A stretch of 64,000 nt of DNA. Source: a virus. Taxonomy: Duplodnaviria > Heunggongvirae > Uroviricota > Caudoviricetes. The notes under the pieces were generated by a model. It ran no database searches and was not told the DNA's origin. It saw only the letters and a program-made list of their open reading frames with translations. Each line of letters begins with the position of its first letter. The stretch's first letter is position 1. This document shows positions 1 through 10,056 of the stretch, in pieces. The DNA lies in the IMG/VR virus record IMGVR_UViG_3300030332_001481, positions 67,486 through 131,485 of that record, one strand, 5' to 3'. The position numbers and the translations under genes were made by a program.

Positions 1-135
1 GACGAGGTCATGTACCGAAAGCACAAGGGTACAGTCGAGCGTTTTAGCACTCACACGGTGAGGGTGAAGTGCAAGGGTGACAAGGCCGCCATGTCGGTCT
101 CTGCCTATTACCGAGTAAGCGGCACCAGTGGTTAA
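1..135 (+). CDS. 3' end of a hypothetical protein; upstream part lies outside the window
   Basis: Open frame 1 from the window edge to TAA at 133-135; overlaps the next start (GTGGTTAA). Confidence 0.3.
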   Translation, partial: DEVMYRKHKGTVERFSTHTVRVKCKGDKAAMSVSAYYRVSGTSG

Positions 136-505
136 GCGCAACCGGATTGCGTCTGTGGCGATCACCGCCACCAAGGACTGGGACAGAGACATCAAGGTGG
201 GATCTCGTGTTCTGGTCAAGGCCGACCCTTTTCCACACGTGTACGAAGTCACTAGCTGTGAGAGTCGGTTCCTAGGCGAGCATGACCTGTGGAACTACCC
301 CTCCCTCATGCAGAAGGGATTCGAGGCTGGGGATGAGATCTCGCCCCTCTTGGTGTTGGTTCGGTCTCGCCTTGCTCCCTCGTGGAACCGTGATGACGGT
401 GCCGTGTTTACTCGCAAAATGGACGCACAGTTTGTGCACCTGCTAACGCCTGCTGATGTGCAGGCAGTGATCGACAACCTCAACGAACTGATGGCAGAGC
501 TATGA
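128..505 (+). CDS. hypothetical protein (GTG start)
   Basis: 125-aa ORF; its stop overlaps the next ATG (ATGA at 502-505). Confidence 0.5.
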   Translation: MVKRNRIASVAITATKDWDRDIKVGSRVLVKADPFPHVYEVTSCESRFLGEHDLWNYPSLMQKGFEAGDEISPLLVLVRSRLAPSWNRDDGAVFTRKMDAQFVHLLTPADVQAVIDNLNELMAEL

Positions 506-1434
506 GCGGAAACTTCGACCGAGACGCGAGTACGATCCTCCTGTGTGTGAGTGGTAGCCGTAGCTATGGTACCGCTACACCTGCATCTGACTACGACTAC
601 CGAGGTGTTTGCATTCCTCCTGCTGAGTACTTTCTTGGGTACTTCGCAAAGTTCGAGCAGTTCACCGAGTCAGAGCCTGATGACAAGGTCGTCTACGACA
701 TCAGGAAGTTTTTCACGCTTGCGGAGAAGGCAAACCCTAACGTGGTCGAGTCGCTGTTTGTGCGCGACTGCGATATCGTCGAGCTGACCACCCTTGGGGA
801 AGTACTGCTCGAAAATCGTGACCTTTTCCTCTCCCAGCGGGTCTTTAGTACATTCACGGGATACGCCCACGCCCAGCTGAAGCGTCTTCAGTCGCATCGC
901 GGTTGGCTGCTCAACCCTCCAGGTGACAAGCCACGCAGGGAGGACTACGGGCTCCCTGAGATGTCGAAAGCAGACCAGCGACAGCTGCAGGGTCAGATCC
1001 AGTCAGTTGAGAGCAAGAACTACGAAATCTCCGATAACATGATGTACTACATCACACAGGAGAAGGCGTACTCCAGTGCGCTCAAGAACTGGCACAGCTA
1101 CCAGCAGTGGAAGAAGAATCGGAACCCTGATCGCGCTGCCATGGAGGCGAAGTTCGGATTTGACGGGAAGCACGCCTCGCACCTCATCCGTCTAAGCCGT
1201 AGCTGTATCGAGGTACTGCAGGGCAAGGGCCTGCGGGTGTACCGTGATGACGCCGAGGAGCTTCTAGCCATTCGTAATGGTGCCTGGAGCTACGACCGTT
1301 TGATGGAGGAATCCAGTAAACTCTACGCAGAGGCCAAGCAAGCGTTGGAGGTTAGTCCTATTCCGAAGCAGCCAGACCTTACGAAGCTGGACAACCTGTG
1401 CATGCGATTGGTTCGCAAGCACCTTAACCTGTAA
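502..1434 (+). CDS. Pol-beta superfamily nucleotidyltransferase-like protein
   Basis: GS-x(9-13)-DxD signature CVSGSRSYGTATPASDYDY near the N-terminus; 310 aa. Confidence 0.55.
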   Translation: MSGNFDRDASTILLCVSGSRSYGTATPASDYDYRGVCIPPAEYFLGYFAKFEQFTESEPDDKVVYDIRKFFTLAEKANPNVVESLFVRDCDIVELTTLGEVLLENRDLFLSQRVFSTFTGYAHAQLKRLQSHRGWLLNPPGDKPRREDYGLPEMSKADQRQLQGQIQSVESKNYEISDNMMYYITQEKAYSSALKNWHSYQQWKKNRNPDRAAMEAKFGFDGKHASHLIRLSRSCIEVLQGKGLRVYRDDAEELLAIRNGAWSYDRLMEESSKLYAEAKQALEVSPIPKQPDLTKLDNLCMRLVRKHLNL

Positions 1435-1519
1435 ACAGGTTATGTACCTGGTACGGCACACTGTTCAGTAGTGCCAGAGAGACCCTCGCCGTTTGACGGC
1501 AGAAAGACAACACCTAGTT

Positions 1520-2257
1520 ATGACTAACCCGAATTACACTCACATCGAGATCATTCTCGACCGCTCTGGTTCTATGGGAAATGTGTGGTCCGACACCCTT
1601 GGTGGCCTCAACCATCTTCTGGAGGATCAGAAGAAGATTGAGGGCAAGGCCACGGTGAGCCTGCGCGTCTTCGATCACGAGTACGAGACCCTCTTTGAGA
1701 TGTCGCCCTTGGCCGAGGTGCAGAAGATCACCAACGAGATGGTGCATCCTCGTGGTGGCACCGCCCTACTCGACGCTGTCGGCAGGACCACCACCTCCCT
1801 GGGCGCCCACCTTTCCGGCATGAAGGAGGAGGAGCGCCCCGGTAACGTCATTGTTGCCATCCTCACCGATGGCTACGAGAACGCGTCTAAGGAGTTCACC
1901 TCCACGTCGGTGCAGACGATGGTGAAGGACCAGGAGGACAAGTACTCCTGGAACTTCATCTACATCGGCGCTGACGTGAACGACTTCGCCAACGAAGCGG
2001 TCAACCTGGGCATCAAGGCAGGGAACGCTCTGAGGTACACCAAGGGCTCTGTGGGTAACTCCGCTGCGTACAACGCACTTGGAGGCGCTCTGCGCATGAC
2101 GCGCAGCCTCGGCACGCAGGGTCAGACCGTAGGATCGGTGGCCTTCTACGCCAATGCTGGCGACGCAGAGAACGTGGACGATGCTCTGATTCAGCACAGC
2201 GTGGCCATTGGGAACTCTTCCTCGACTTCCCTCGAAGACAAGCCCGACCCCGTCTGA
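1520..2257 (+). CDS. von Willebrand factor type A (vWA) domain protein
   Basis: MIDAS motif DRSGSM, then GGTALLDAV and ILTDGYEN. Confidence 0.7.
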   Translation: MTNPNYTHIEIILDRSGSMGNVWSDTLGGLNHLLEDQKKIEGKATVSLRVFDHEYETLFEMSPLAEVQKITNEMVHPRGGTALLDAVGRTTTSLGAHLSGMKEEERPGNVIVAILTDGYENASKEFTSTSVQTMVKDQEDKYSWNFIYIGADVNDFANEAVNLGIKAGNALRYTKGSVGNSAAYNALGGALRMTRSLGTQGQTVGSVAFYANAGDAENVDDALIQHSVAIGNSSSTSLEDKPDPV

Positions 2258-2314
2258 GGACAGGCAGCGCCAACCCTGGCCACACTGGTGAGTATCGAAC
2301 GTTAGGAGGACTAC

Positions 2315-3283
2315 GTGGCGTTTACACATCAGTGTGGCCATTGCAATTCCGTCTTCGAGTCCGATCGAAAGACTTCAAAGTACTGTCAGCACCCCTGTGC
2401 TGTGGCGGCCCGGACGGCCGCACGTCAGGCAAAGAAAAAGACCGTCACCAAAGTATGCCCATGGTGTAGTGACGAGTTCTCAGTCCCTCAGACAATGATG
2501 GGGATGAGGAAGGCGTATTGTTCCCGTAAGTGCGCGTCAGCGGCTGTCGCGGCTAAGAGAAAGCTGGAGCCTCTTCGTACACCCTGTAAGGTGTGCAACG
2601 AAATCTTCGAGCATCCACGCACATCCCCCAACAGAGTGGTATGTGGGGAGGCGTGCAAGAACGAGCTGAAGCGGCAGCAGCACGCAGAGAAGCGTGCCCA
2701 GAAGGTTGCGGTCATGGCTCCTTGTGCTCATTGTGGGACTGACTTTGAGGTCATTCCTACCCGGAAAAAGTACTGCAGCAAGGCGTGCGCAAATCAGGCT
2801 ATTTGTGTGGACAAGAAGAGCCTAGCTACCCAGACGAAGACATGTAAGTGCATTCTCTGCGACTGCCAGGTGACGGTCACGAAGTACCACAAGAATTCTG
2901 TTGTGCTATGCAGCGAGCACGAGCAGATGCGCCGCCGGAAGAAGTACCGCAAGAGAGTGCTTCGCGACATGCTCACACATTTCGAGCAGCTGCCTGATGG
3001 CAGCTACGGTAAGTTTCTTGAGTTTGAGTGTTCGCCTCCGTACAGTGGGTACATGGCGGTCGCCATCAAGGCGAACAACTCGAATACTAGCATGTCACTC
3101 CTCACCATTGTTCTAGCCCACCAGAGCAGAAACCCGGACCGGGCTATCCTCCTTGACTACTCCCAGTTCCTTCTAGAGACCAAGCTAGGACGCCGTCTGT
3201 CGCCAGAGGAGTCCGTGGGTTTCGTCGACGGTGATTGGAAGAACTTCAACGTTCAAAATCTACGTGTCGAGTGCCACCTATAG
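2315..3283 (+). CDS. Cys-rich protein with repeated zinc-ribbon-like units and a degenerate HNH-like C-terminus
   Basis: Four repeats of K-Y-C-x2-3-C-A; C-terminal FVDGDWKNFNVQNLRVEC; GTG start with RBS TAGGAGGA upstream. Confidence 0.5.
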   Translation: MAFTHQCGHCNSVFESDRKTSKYCQHPCAVAARTAARQAKKKTVTKVCPWCSDEFSVPQTMMGMRKAYCSRKCASAAVAAKRKLEPLRTPCKVCNEIFEHPRTSPNRVVCGEACKNELKRQQHAEKRAQKVAVMAPCAHCGTDFEVIPTRKKYCSKACANQAICVDKKSLATQTKTCKCILCDCQVTVTKYHKNSVVLCSEHEQMRRRKKYRKRVLRDMLTHFEQLPDGSYGKFLEFECSPPYSGYMAVAIKANNSNTSMSLLTIVLAHQSRNPDRAILLDYSQFLLETKLGRRLSPEESVGFVDGDWKNFNVQNLRVECHL

Positions 3284-3290
3284 GTGTAGA

Positions 3291-3551
3291 ATGTCTACTG
3301 AAGCAACTGAAGCATATGCGAGATTCCGGAGACGGGTGGCTGAACATGTCAGCGCTTGGTTCGATTCCTTACCCGAGGACCAACGGGACCAGCTCATCGC
3401 TGGCATCGTGTCTCTTGATGGCTCAAACGTGACCCCACGTGAAGTCGTGAAAGAAATCCAGAACGGGACGGCCCTAGGGGACGCGCTGCTGGAGCAGGCG
3501 ATGACTCTTGCATCCTTGGACTCTTTTAGCTCCAACACCTGGAAGGCGTAA
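3291..3551 (+). CDS. hypothetical protein
   Basis: ATG-initiated 86-aa ORF between neighbouring genes. Confidence 0.4.
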   Translation: MSTEATEAYARFRRRVAEHVSAWFDSLPEDQRDQLIAGIVSLDGSNVTPREVVKEIQNGTALGDALLEQAMTLASLDSFSSNTWKA

Positions 3552-3562
3552 AGGTCCTAGTT

Positions 3563-4072
3563 ATGTCAGTAATGAAGCTACGGTACTACCCCGACCCCAT
3601 CCTCAACGCTCCAGTCGATGACGTGGAGACGTTTGACGACGACCTGTCCAAGTTCGTCATGGATATGGCTGAGACCCTCTATTCCACCAAGGTGGGAGTC
3701 GGACTCGCGGCACCACAGGTAGGCAGGAGCCTGAATCTCTTCATCATGGATGTGTCTGATCCGAACGAGCCTGACGAGCTTCATGTTCTGATCAACCCTA
3801 GCATCACAGCATCGTCTGACGCGATGCTGGTGGCGGAAGAGGGGTGCCTCTCTTTCCCTGGCGTCGTAGAGAAGGTTCGTCGTCACGTGTGGGTGGAGGT
3901 GGACTACCTCAATGAAGAAGGGGAGCCACAGTCCACGAGATTCGCAGGCCTTGCGGCTCACGTGGTGCAGCACGAGTACGACCACCTCCACGAGAAGACC
4001 CTGGCGGACCGCGTCTCCCGTCAGACGCGGAGAGGGATGCTCAAGCGGGTCAAGCGCGCTCTCAAGAAGTGA
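3563..4072 (+). CDS. def: peptide deformylase
   Basis: All three PDF motifs: GVGLAAPQVG, EGCLSFPG, HEYDHL. Confidence 0.85.
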   Translation: MSVMKLRYYPDPILNAPVDDVETFDDDLSKFVMDMAETLYSTKVGVGLAAPQVGRSLNLFIMDVSDPNEPDELHVLINPSITASSDAMLVAEEGCLSFPGVVEKVRRHVWVEVDYLNEEGEPQSTRFAGLAAHVVQHEYDHLHEKTLADRVSRQTRRGMLKRVKRALKK

Positions 4073-4145
4073 CCGCGCTTCTCGATCTTATCTGAAAGGT
4101 GAGAGCTAGCGCACACCGCGCCGGCTACAGCCTAGGATAAGATAG

Positions 4146-4487
4146 GTGAAGACGACAAAATCTGCGCGTAAGAAGAACATCGAAAACAAAAAGCGAGCCA
4201 TTGTTGAGTACCTCAGTCAATGCTCGTGCGAGGACTGCGGCGAGGCTGACCCGCTAGTACTTGAGTTCACCCGCTCAGTTGTCATCCCCTATAATCCACG
4301 ACTCCGACGCAAAGCACCCAAGAAGTCCGGCAATGGGATCTACGATCTCGTACAGTCTGACTGCAATATGGAAAAGCTACAGCAGGAGATGAAGAGTTGT
4401 TCAGTTGTGTGTTCTAACTGCGCCTCACGCAGGGATCACCGCAACGACCAGTCCTATCGGTGGAAGTATCTCCGCAAGAGTGCGTAG
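4146..4487 (+). CDS. Cys-rich hypothetical protein (possible degenerate HNH or zinc ribbon)
   Basis: CSCEDCGE ... CSVVCSNC motifs; GTG start. Confidence 0.4.
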   Translation: MKTTKSARKKNIENKKRAIVEYLSQCSCEDCGEADPLVLEFTRSVVIPYNPRLRRKAPKKSGNGIYDLVQSDCNMEKLQQEMKSCSVVCSNCASRRDHRNDQSYRWKYLRKSA

Positions 4488-4556
4488 TCAAGTCGAGTAG
4501 ACTATGCTCAAAGATCTGAAGATCTCGTTTATCTTCAATAGGTGCCTGCCTTCCTC

Positions 4557-5195
4557 ATGCCCTCGGAGATACGTCGGGGCGATCTTCTAGAAGTAGGCGA
4601 CGTAAAGCGGCGGGTAAGACGCATAGTTCGTGAGGGCCCGGTTTACGTCGCTCACTTCTACCGGTACAATGGTGGGTTCACCCACACGGACATGGACGTA
4701 TCGGTTCGACTTGGTACTCATCCAGTCAAGGTTTTTCTGTCGGGTCACCGGGCCCAAAGTCTGGGGTTTGGCTGGCCTCTTCCGGAAGATAGGACCTTCT
4801 TCTCTCGCGGTGTGCAGTCCTACTACACCGCCATGGCAAGGGCGCAGCGCCGACAGCAGCTAGAGCGTGAGAGAGCCCAGAAAGCCCGTGAGAAAGCGCA
4901 AGAAAAGGCACAGAGGGCAGCTGAAGCTCGCTGGTACAGGGAGTTCTACCGCCGAAAGCACGCATACAAGCGGGAGTACACCTCCAGGTACAAGCGCAAG
5001 CGGGAAGAGCGCGCAGCCCTATACAGGACGCTTGGTGTACGAGTGGGCGCTTCCCTCAAGAATGTGAAGAAGGCATACCGTAAGCTGGCCCGGGAGTGGC
5101 ACCCGGACAGGAATAAGTCACCCGAGGCAGAAGCCAAGTTCATCGAGATATCAAAGGCTTACACAGCCATCCTTGCTGAGAAATCCAAGAAGTAG
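4557..5195 (+). CDS. J-domain (DnaJ-like) protein with a basic coiled-coil N-terminal region
   Basis: C-terminal J domain [16 protein letters not shown] ... [13 protein letters not shown] (HPD motif). Confidence 0.65.
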   Translation: MPSEIRRGDLLEVGDVKRRVRRIVREGPVYVAHFYRYNGGFTHTDMDVSVRLGTHPVKVFLSGHRAQSLGFGWPLPEDRTFFSRGVQSYYTAMARAQRRQQLERERAQKAREKAQEKAQRAAEARWYREFYRRKHAYKREYTSRYKRKREERAALYRTLGVRVGASLKNVKKAYRKLAREWHPDRNKSPEAEAKFIEISKAYTAILAEKSKK

Positions 5196-5212
5196 CCCCG
5201 TTATATAGAGGC

Positions 5213-5917
5213 ATGGCCAGCGACAAGTCTCGAAACTCTTATCAGAAGGACTACCAGAAGAAGCGTTATCACTCCCGTAGGCAGGAGGCGATCGACATTC
5301 TGGGTGGGAAGTGTTCTTCCTGCGGATCGACTAAGAAGCTAGAGTTCGATCACAAGGACCCCAAGAAGAAGAACTTCGCGGTCACAAAGCTCTGGTCCAC
5401 GCCGGAGAAGGAGTTCAAGGGAGAGGTCAAGAAGTGCCGCCTGCTGTGTAACTCCTGTCACAAGAAGAACACTGCAAAGCAGCGGGAGAGTGGGGAAGTA
5501 AAGTCGGTACCTGGCAAGAAGTCCTACGATGATAGTGGCCGCAAGAAAAAGAGTGCAGCCGCTCGGCTGCTGAAGGTGGCAGAGGCTCTCGACTTCTCCG
5601 CTGCAGTGGCCTCCCTCACTCCCCTTGTAAAGTCGTTGGCGGCCGACTACGGTATCGACGAGTTCGCCCAGTCAGACTTCGACAAGAGCAAGATGCTCAC
5701 CGAGCCTGTCCTGGTGTGGAACTGCTTCAAGCGGGACGGTGGAGGCCACCAGGGTCTGGTTACGGTGTACTCCCCAGATAGCCACAGCAAGGCTGCGGCA
5801 GAGATTTTCGCACGACTCAAAAGTCGTGCACCCAAGTCCGGATGTAAAGTCGACTACGAAGACGACTGGTCTGAGCCAGGTCTCGTAGGTAAGACACTGA
5901 GTCTGCTAATCGAATAG
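5213..5917 (+). CDS. HNH endonuclease-like basic protein
   Basis: CSSCGS...EFDHKDP...LLCNSCH HNH-type motif; Lys-rich. Confidence 0.55.
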   Translation: MASDKSRNSYQKDYQKKRYHSRRQEAIDILGGKCSSCGSTKKLEFDHKDPKKKNFAVTKLWSTPEKEFKGEVKKCRLLCNSCHKKNTAKQRESGEVKSVPGKKSYDDSGRKKKSAAARLLKVAEALDFSAAVASLTPLVKSLAADYGIDEFAQSDFDKSKMLTEPVLVWNCFKRDGGGHQGLVTVYSPDSHSKAAAEIFARLKSRAPKSGCKVDYEDDWSEPGLVGKTLSLLIE

Positions 5918-5947
5918 CAGCTTCCTCCGCGAAGCTGCGGAGGAAGA

Positions 5948-6769
5948 ATGAGCGACAAGCTAGTCATCTACCACGGATCGTGTACCGATGGGTTCACTGC
6001 CGCATGGGTAGCTCGTACCGCCCTCGGGCCTGACGTTGAGTACGTCGAGGGAAGATATCAGACATCGCAGGAGCTGAATGTCGAGGGCAAGGATGTCCTC
6101 GTGTTCGACTTCAGCTTCCCCCGTAAGGACACGCTACGGCTGGCAGCTGCGGCTAGGTCTTTTAAGGTCATCGACCACCACGACTCCGCAGAGAAGGACG
6201 TGGGTGACCTAAAGTTCTGTTACTTCGATCAGACGAAGTCGGGAGCCATGCTGGCCTGGGACCACTTCTACGACGAGGAGCCCCCTCTCCTGGTCAAGTA
6301 CGTCCAGGACAGGGACTTGTGGCACCACGCCCTTCCGCACACTCGTGAGATCAGCGCCCTCATCAACTCCTACGAGCGGACCTGGGAGAACTGGTCAGCA
6401 CTCAGCTCTCAGCTTGACATGAGCTTCGCCAGCAGTGTCAGGGAGGGCTCAGCCCTGCTCCGGCAGCGTCGGCGTAACATTGCGTCCCTGACGAAGCACG
6501 CTCAGCTCATGACGTTCGCGGGCTACGACGAAGTCCCGGTCGTCAACACTCCCGGTTTCTTTGTTTCCGAGCTGTGCCATGATCTCGCCGAGACTGCGAA
6601 GCACCACTTTGCTGTGGGGTGGAGTCAAGGGAGTGACGGTCGGTTCAAGTATTCTCTTCGATCGGTTGGAGACATGGATGTCTCTGCGCTTTGTTTCAAG
6701 TTTGGTGGCGGTGGGCACAAGCACTCCGCTGGTTTCGTGAGTAACTCAGCTCCCTGGGAGATTGTCTGA
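5948..6769 (+). CDS. DHH/DHHA1-family phosphoesterase (NrnA/RecJ-like)
   Basis: Motifs DGFTAA, VFDFSF, IDHHDS (DHH), GGGHKHSAGF (DHHA1 GGGH). Confidence 0.65.
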   Translation: MSDKLVIYHGSCTDGFTAAWVARTALGPDVEYVEGRYQTSQELNVEGKDVLVFDFSFPRKDTLRLAAAARSFKVIDHHDSAEKDVGDLKFCYFDQTKSGAMLAWDHFYDEEPPLLVKYVQDRDLWHHALPHTREISALINSYERTWENWSALSSQLDMSFASSVREGSALLRQRRRNIASLTKHAQLMTFAGYDEVPVVNTPGFFVSELCHDLAETAKHHFAVGWSQGSDGRFKYSLRSVGDMDVSALCFKFGGGGHKHSAGFVSNSAPWEIV

Positions 6770-9020
6770 TATGTCTGCTATTGATCCTCTTCGCTACATG
6801 CAGCTACGGGCTGTGGCAGCTACTCTCTCCCCCGAAACACTGGGGGAGCTTCTCGACCACGCAACCGCCGTTTCTGACGTAGGATGTGCACTAGCACAGA
6901 CTGCGGACAACCTTCGTACTGTGGTCTCCCGTCTCGCCGCCGAGAATCAGAACACGAACAAGCGAAGAAACCCGCTGGCGACCGAGTTCGGCGCAGAGCA
7001 AGACCTACACAGCACCGTACAGAACACCTTTATCGGGGTGGCTTACCGCAGTTTCAGTACGTTGAGCAGCTTCATGACGGAACTGAACTCCGTCATCGAA
7101 TCTGTGGCTCCCTCTGGAATGCTTCTCGACTCCGGGATCGATATCCAGGACTTGTCCAAGGCCTCGGCGGAGGAACTGACTCGCTACCACATGGAGATGC
7201 AGATCAACGGATCCCATCTCCAGAAGCTAGATCAGGCCCTTCTGCAGCTTGGTGCCATCCAGTCCGCGGTCTTCCGCTGTTTGAACAGCATCATCGACGA
7301 TCTAGAGGGGTACTACGTGTACCTCCTGAAGCGACACACGGATAAGAACATCAAGATCCATGTGTCTCCGGTGATGACTGACATCGCGGAGCAGATTTAC
7401 CAGAACATCGATTCCCACGGTGAGGTCAAGGGCAGCACCGACCTGGATGAGATCAGTGCGTTCTCTCGCCGCAAGGCGATGGTTTTGGTAGAGGCTTTCC
7501 GAGACGAAGAGCTGAGGGGGTGGCTCACTTCCCCGGAGAAGTTCATCCGTCCGGTCGTTGACGCCTTCTCTCTGCTGTGGCTCTACGCCGGCAAGATCAG
7601 TCGCACGCTGGGCGACACCGTTACGGCCTATGAGACCCAGTTTGGGCGCACTCCTCCCAAGGTAACGCAGAACGAGTTCTCCTCGCTCGTGGCCTTCCTG
7701 GAGAAGGACCTCGACTTCAACAACATCTCGTATCGGGAAAACGCCGGTCTGCAGACTCGTGAAGAGCTTATGCAGGCGGAGTTTTCGGACGAAACCACGG
7801 CAGAGATCTGTCGGTTGCTGGCGTCTCCGGACGTCTCTGCTGAAGCTATCGTCACCTACGTGCTAGAGCGCAAGAAGGAGCTACACGGCAAGCTCCAGGG
7901 TGAGAACAGCTTCTACAAGTGCGAGATTGGATCGGGCAACTCGTTCACGGGTGTCGCACCCGGTGGCCTGACCATCGTTCCCGGCGAGCGCCCGGTGGTC
8001 AACCTGGATGAGATTCGCGGCAGCGGGTTCAACGAGGTCAAGAACTTCATCCAGCAGATCAGCTTCTCCTCACAGTTCCGCGACCTGTTCGTAGCAACCA
8101 GCCCCAGCCGCTCAGCCGACAAGAACAACGTCCTCCTCATCGGGCCTCCTGGCTGCGGCAAGACGGAGATTCTCCGCTCTGTGGGAGGCGACACGAACTC
8201 CATCGGTATCTTCGCCCAGGGGTCAGACTTCATGACCTGCTGGTACGGGGAGGCAGAGAAGAACCCCAAGCGCCTCTTTGACGGTGCAGTGAAGATCCAG
8301 AAGGAGTCACGCAAGCAGGTGCACATTCTCCTCGATGAGATTGACTCTGTTCTCTCTACGTCCGGCAGTGGCGGAGCTGCGGGTAAGGCGAACCTGTCAC
8401 GGGAGTTCCAGATTCTCATGGACGGAGTGGTTCGGTACCCTGGCATCACTGTGTGGGGCGCCACCAACTTCCCGGAGTTGATCCCGAAGGCGATGATTCG
8501 TCGCTTCGCCAAGGTGCTCATTGTCGGGCGTCTGACGCAGGCTGACCGCGTTGACCTGCTCAAGCACTTCGCTGGGTTCCTGCCGCTGGCAAAGATCTCA
8601 GACGACCACTGGGAGGACATGGCGAAGCGGCTCGACGGGGCTACCGGAGACGTGATCCGCAAGGTCATCGACATGGTCTGGAGCGAGCGCATGGCCAAGG
8701 GGGTCCGGGACAACGCCGAGAAGGCCCAGGAGCTGGTGCAGTGGCTCAACACGACTTGGGACGATGAGATCGACAAGGCCCTGCCCCAGAAGTTCGACGT
8801 GGGGTCGTTCACTCCCTCCCAGCGCAAGGAGCTTCACCGCCGCTTGATCAAGATGGGGGTGGTGGTCACGCCCAAGGACATCGAGAAGTCCGTGGACTAC
8901 CACCTCGGCAACATCGCCATCATCGACGACATCAAGACTGCCGTGTGCGTCTACCAGACAGCCGATGAGCTGGTGCGTGACCGGAACCGGGTAGACCTGA
9001 TCGCCGACGCGGCGGAGTAG
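6762..9020 (+). CDS. AAA+ ATPase with a large N-terminal domain
   Basis: Walker A GPPGCGKTE, Walker B ILLDEIDS, sensor-1 GATNFP, Arg residues IRRF; 752 aa. Confidence 0.7.
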   Translation: MSDMSAIDPLRYMQLRAVAATLSPETLGELLDHATAVSDVGCALAQTADNLRTVVSRLAAENQNTNKRRNPLATEFGAEQDLHSTVQNTFIGVAYRSFSTLSSFMTELNSVIESVAPSGMLLDSGIDIQDLSKASAEELTRYHMEMQINGSHLQKLDQALLQLGAIQSAVFRCLNSIIDDLEGYYVYLLKRHTDKNIKIHVSPVMTDIAEQIYQNIDSHGEVKGSTDLDEISAFSRRKAMVLVEAFRDEELRGWLTSPEKFIRPVVDAFSLLWLYAGKISRTLGDTVTAYETQFGRTPPKVTQNEFSSLVAFLEKDLDFNNISYRENAGLQTREELMQAEFSDETTAEICRLLASPDVSAEAIVTYVLERKKELHGKLQGENSFYKCEIGSGNSFTGVAPGGLTIVPGERPVVNLDEIRGSGFNEVKNFIQQISFSSQFRDLFVATSPSRSADKNNVLLIGPPGCGKTEILRSVGGDTNSIGIFAQGSDFMTCWYGEAEKNPKRLFDGAVKIQKESRKQVHILLDEIDSVLSTSGSGGAAGKANLSREFQILMDGVVRYPGITVWGATNFPELIPKAMIRRFAKVLIVGRLTQADRVDLLKHFAGFLPLAKISDDHWEDMAKRLDGATGDVIRKVIDMVWSERMAKGVRDNAEKAQELVQWLNTTWDDEIDKALPQKFDVGSFTPSQRKELHRRLIKMGVVVTPKDIEKSVDYHLGNIAIIDDIKTAVCVYQTADELVRDRNRVDLIADAAE

Positions 9021-9022
9021 AA

Positions 9023-9676
9023 CTAGCCTCCGTCTCGAACATTCATGAGAAAGGCAAACGGCTGAGGGTGTGTTTGAAACACCACAGCCGTTATGTCTTT
9101 GGGCTCAATGGTCTGCAGCATGTGCCCTACCCGAGGGTACATGATGGAGCGCTTCTCTTCGTCGTCGTGGGCCAGGCCCAGAGCGTGCCCTAGCTCATGA
9201 AGGCACGTGGGGAGTAGAAGGTAGTACGCCAAGTCCGAGTCCAGCTGAATGCGGGCGTAGATCATTTCACCCGAGACTCGTGCTCTCGTGCTCGTGTTTC
9301 CCAGCGCCCTGGTCCCTGTGAGCGGGTTTATCCCCAGGTCCTCTTCCGTAACCCTCACCTCTCCGTAAAAGAGGACTCCAGGCGTACCAGGGGCCTCCTC
9401 TGCGACTACGAAGAGGCGAACCCCCGCTGACTCGTTCCAAATGCGAGCAGCTGCCCTCATATTCCGCTTGTACTCGTCTGGTAGACGCGGGTCGAGGCGT
9501 ACCAGCAGGGGAAACGCGCCAGGCCGCCACTGGCGAGGACCTGAGCCTGGAAGCTGCCGCAGTTCGGAAGCCAGCTCCGGGGGTATTTGACGAAGGCGGG
9601 GTCGTTCTGGATGCACTGGTCTGCTACAGGCACAAGAGCCTAGTGTAAAGGTCAGTAACGCAACCAGCAGCCTCAC
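9023..9676 (-). CDS. metzincin-type Zn metalloprotease, probable lipoprotein
   Basis: HELGHALGLAHDDE plus a Met-turn SIMYP; N-terminal signal with lipobox LGSCAC. Confidence 0.7.
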   Translation of the reverse strand: MRLLVALLTFTLGSCACSRPVHPERPRLRQIPPELASELRQLPGSGPRQWRPGAFPLLVRLDPRLPDEYKRNMRAAARIWNESAGVRLFVVAEEAPGTPGVLFYGEVRVTEEDLGINPLTGTRALGNTSTRARVSGEMIYARIQLDSDLAYYLLLPTCLHELGHALGLAHDDEEKRSIMYPRVGHMLQTIEPKDITAVVFQTHPQPFAFLMNVRDGG

Positions 9677-9721
9677 TTCACTATCACCTCATCCATCACC
9701 ACATAATGTGAGATTCCTCCC

Positions 9722-10009
9722 ATGTTTTCCAACAACGATTTCCGTAAAGCAGCCGAAGAGGCCTACAACGCCTACGCAAAAGAGGCCAACTGGAAGAACT
9801 ACCAGGGTCTTCCGATGCCGCACTGGCTCCAACTACCTGACCACATTCAGCGTAGCTGGATCGCGGCTGTCACTGCAGGATCAGACTACCTCGGCTACAG
9901 CAGAGAGTCGTGCTGCAACTGTTCCGAGCAGTTTTTACCTGGTGAAGTTGTTTATTGCGCTGCTTGCATGGAATTTACGCAGTCTCTTGTAGCGGAGTGC
10001 GAGTGCTAA
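9722..10009 (+). CDS. hypothetical protein
   Basis: 95-aa ORF with a Cys cluster. Confidence 0.4.
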   Translation: MFSNNDFRKAAEEAYNAYAKEANWKNYQGLPMPHWLQLPDHIQRSWIAAVTAGSDYLGYSRESCCNCSEQFLPGEVVYCAACMEFTQSLVAECEC

Positions 10010-10056
10010 CGAAGGGCTACCTCAAATGGATCGATCTTCGGAGCATTGAAGTAGAT

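Noticed and set aside
1766-2341. 191-aa ORF on the minus strand
   Set aside because: It is entirely antisense to the vWA gene, which has clear MIDAS motifs. It is a GC-rich frame artefact.
7913-8827. 304-aa ORF on the minus strand
   Set aside because: It is antisense to the AAA+ ATPase gene, whose Walker A/B motifs are in the + frame.
9046-9090. Hairpin near the convergent gene ends at about 9.05 kb
   Set aside because: It lies inside the C-terminal coding region of the minus-strand metalloprotease, so it is not called as a terminator.
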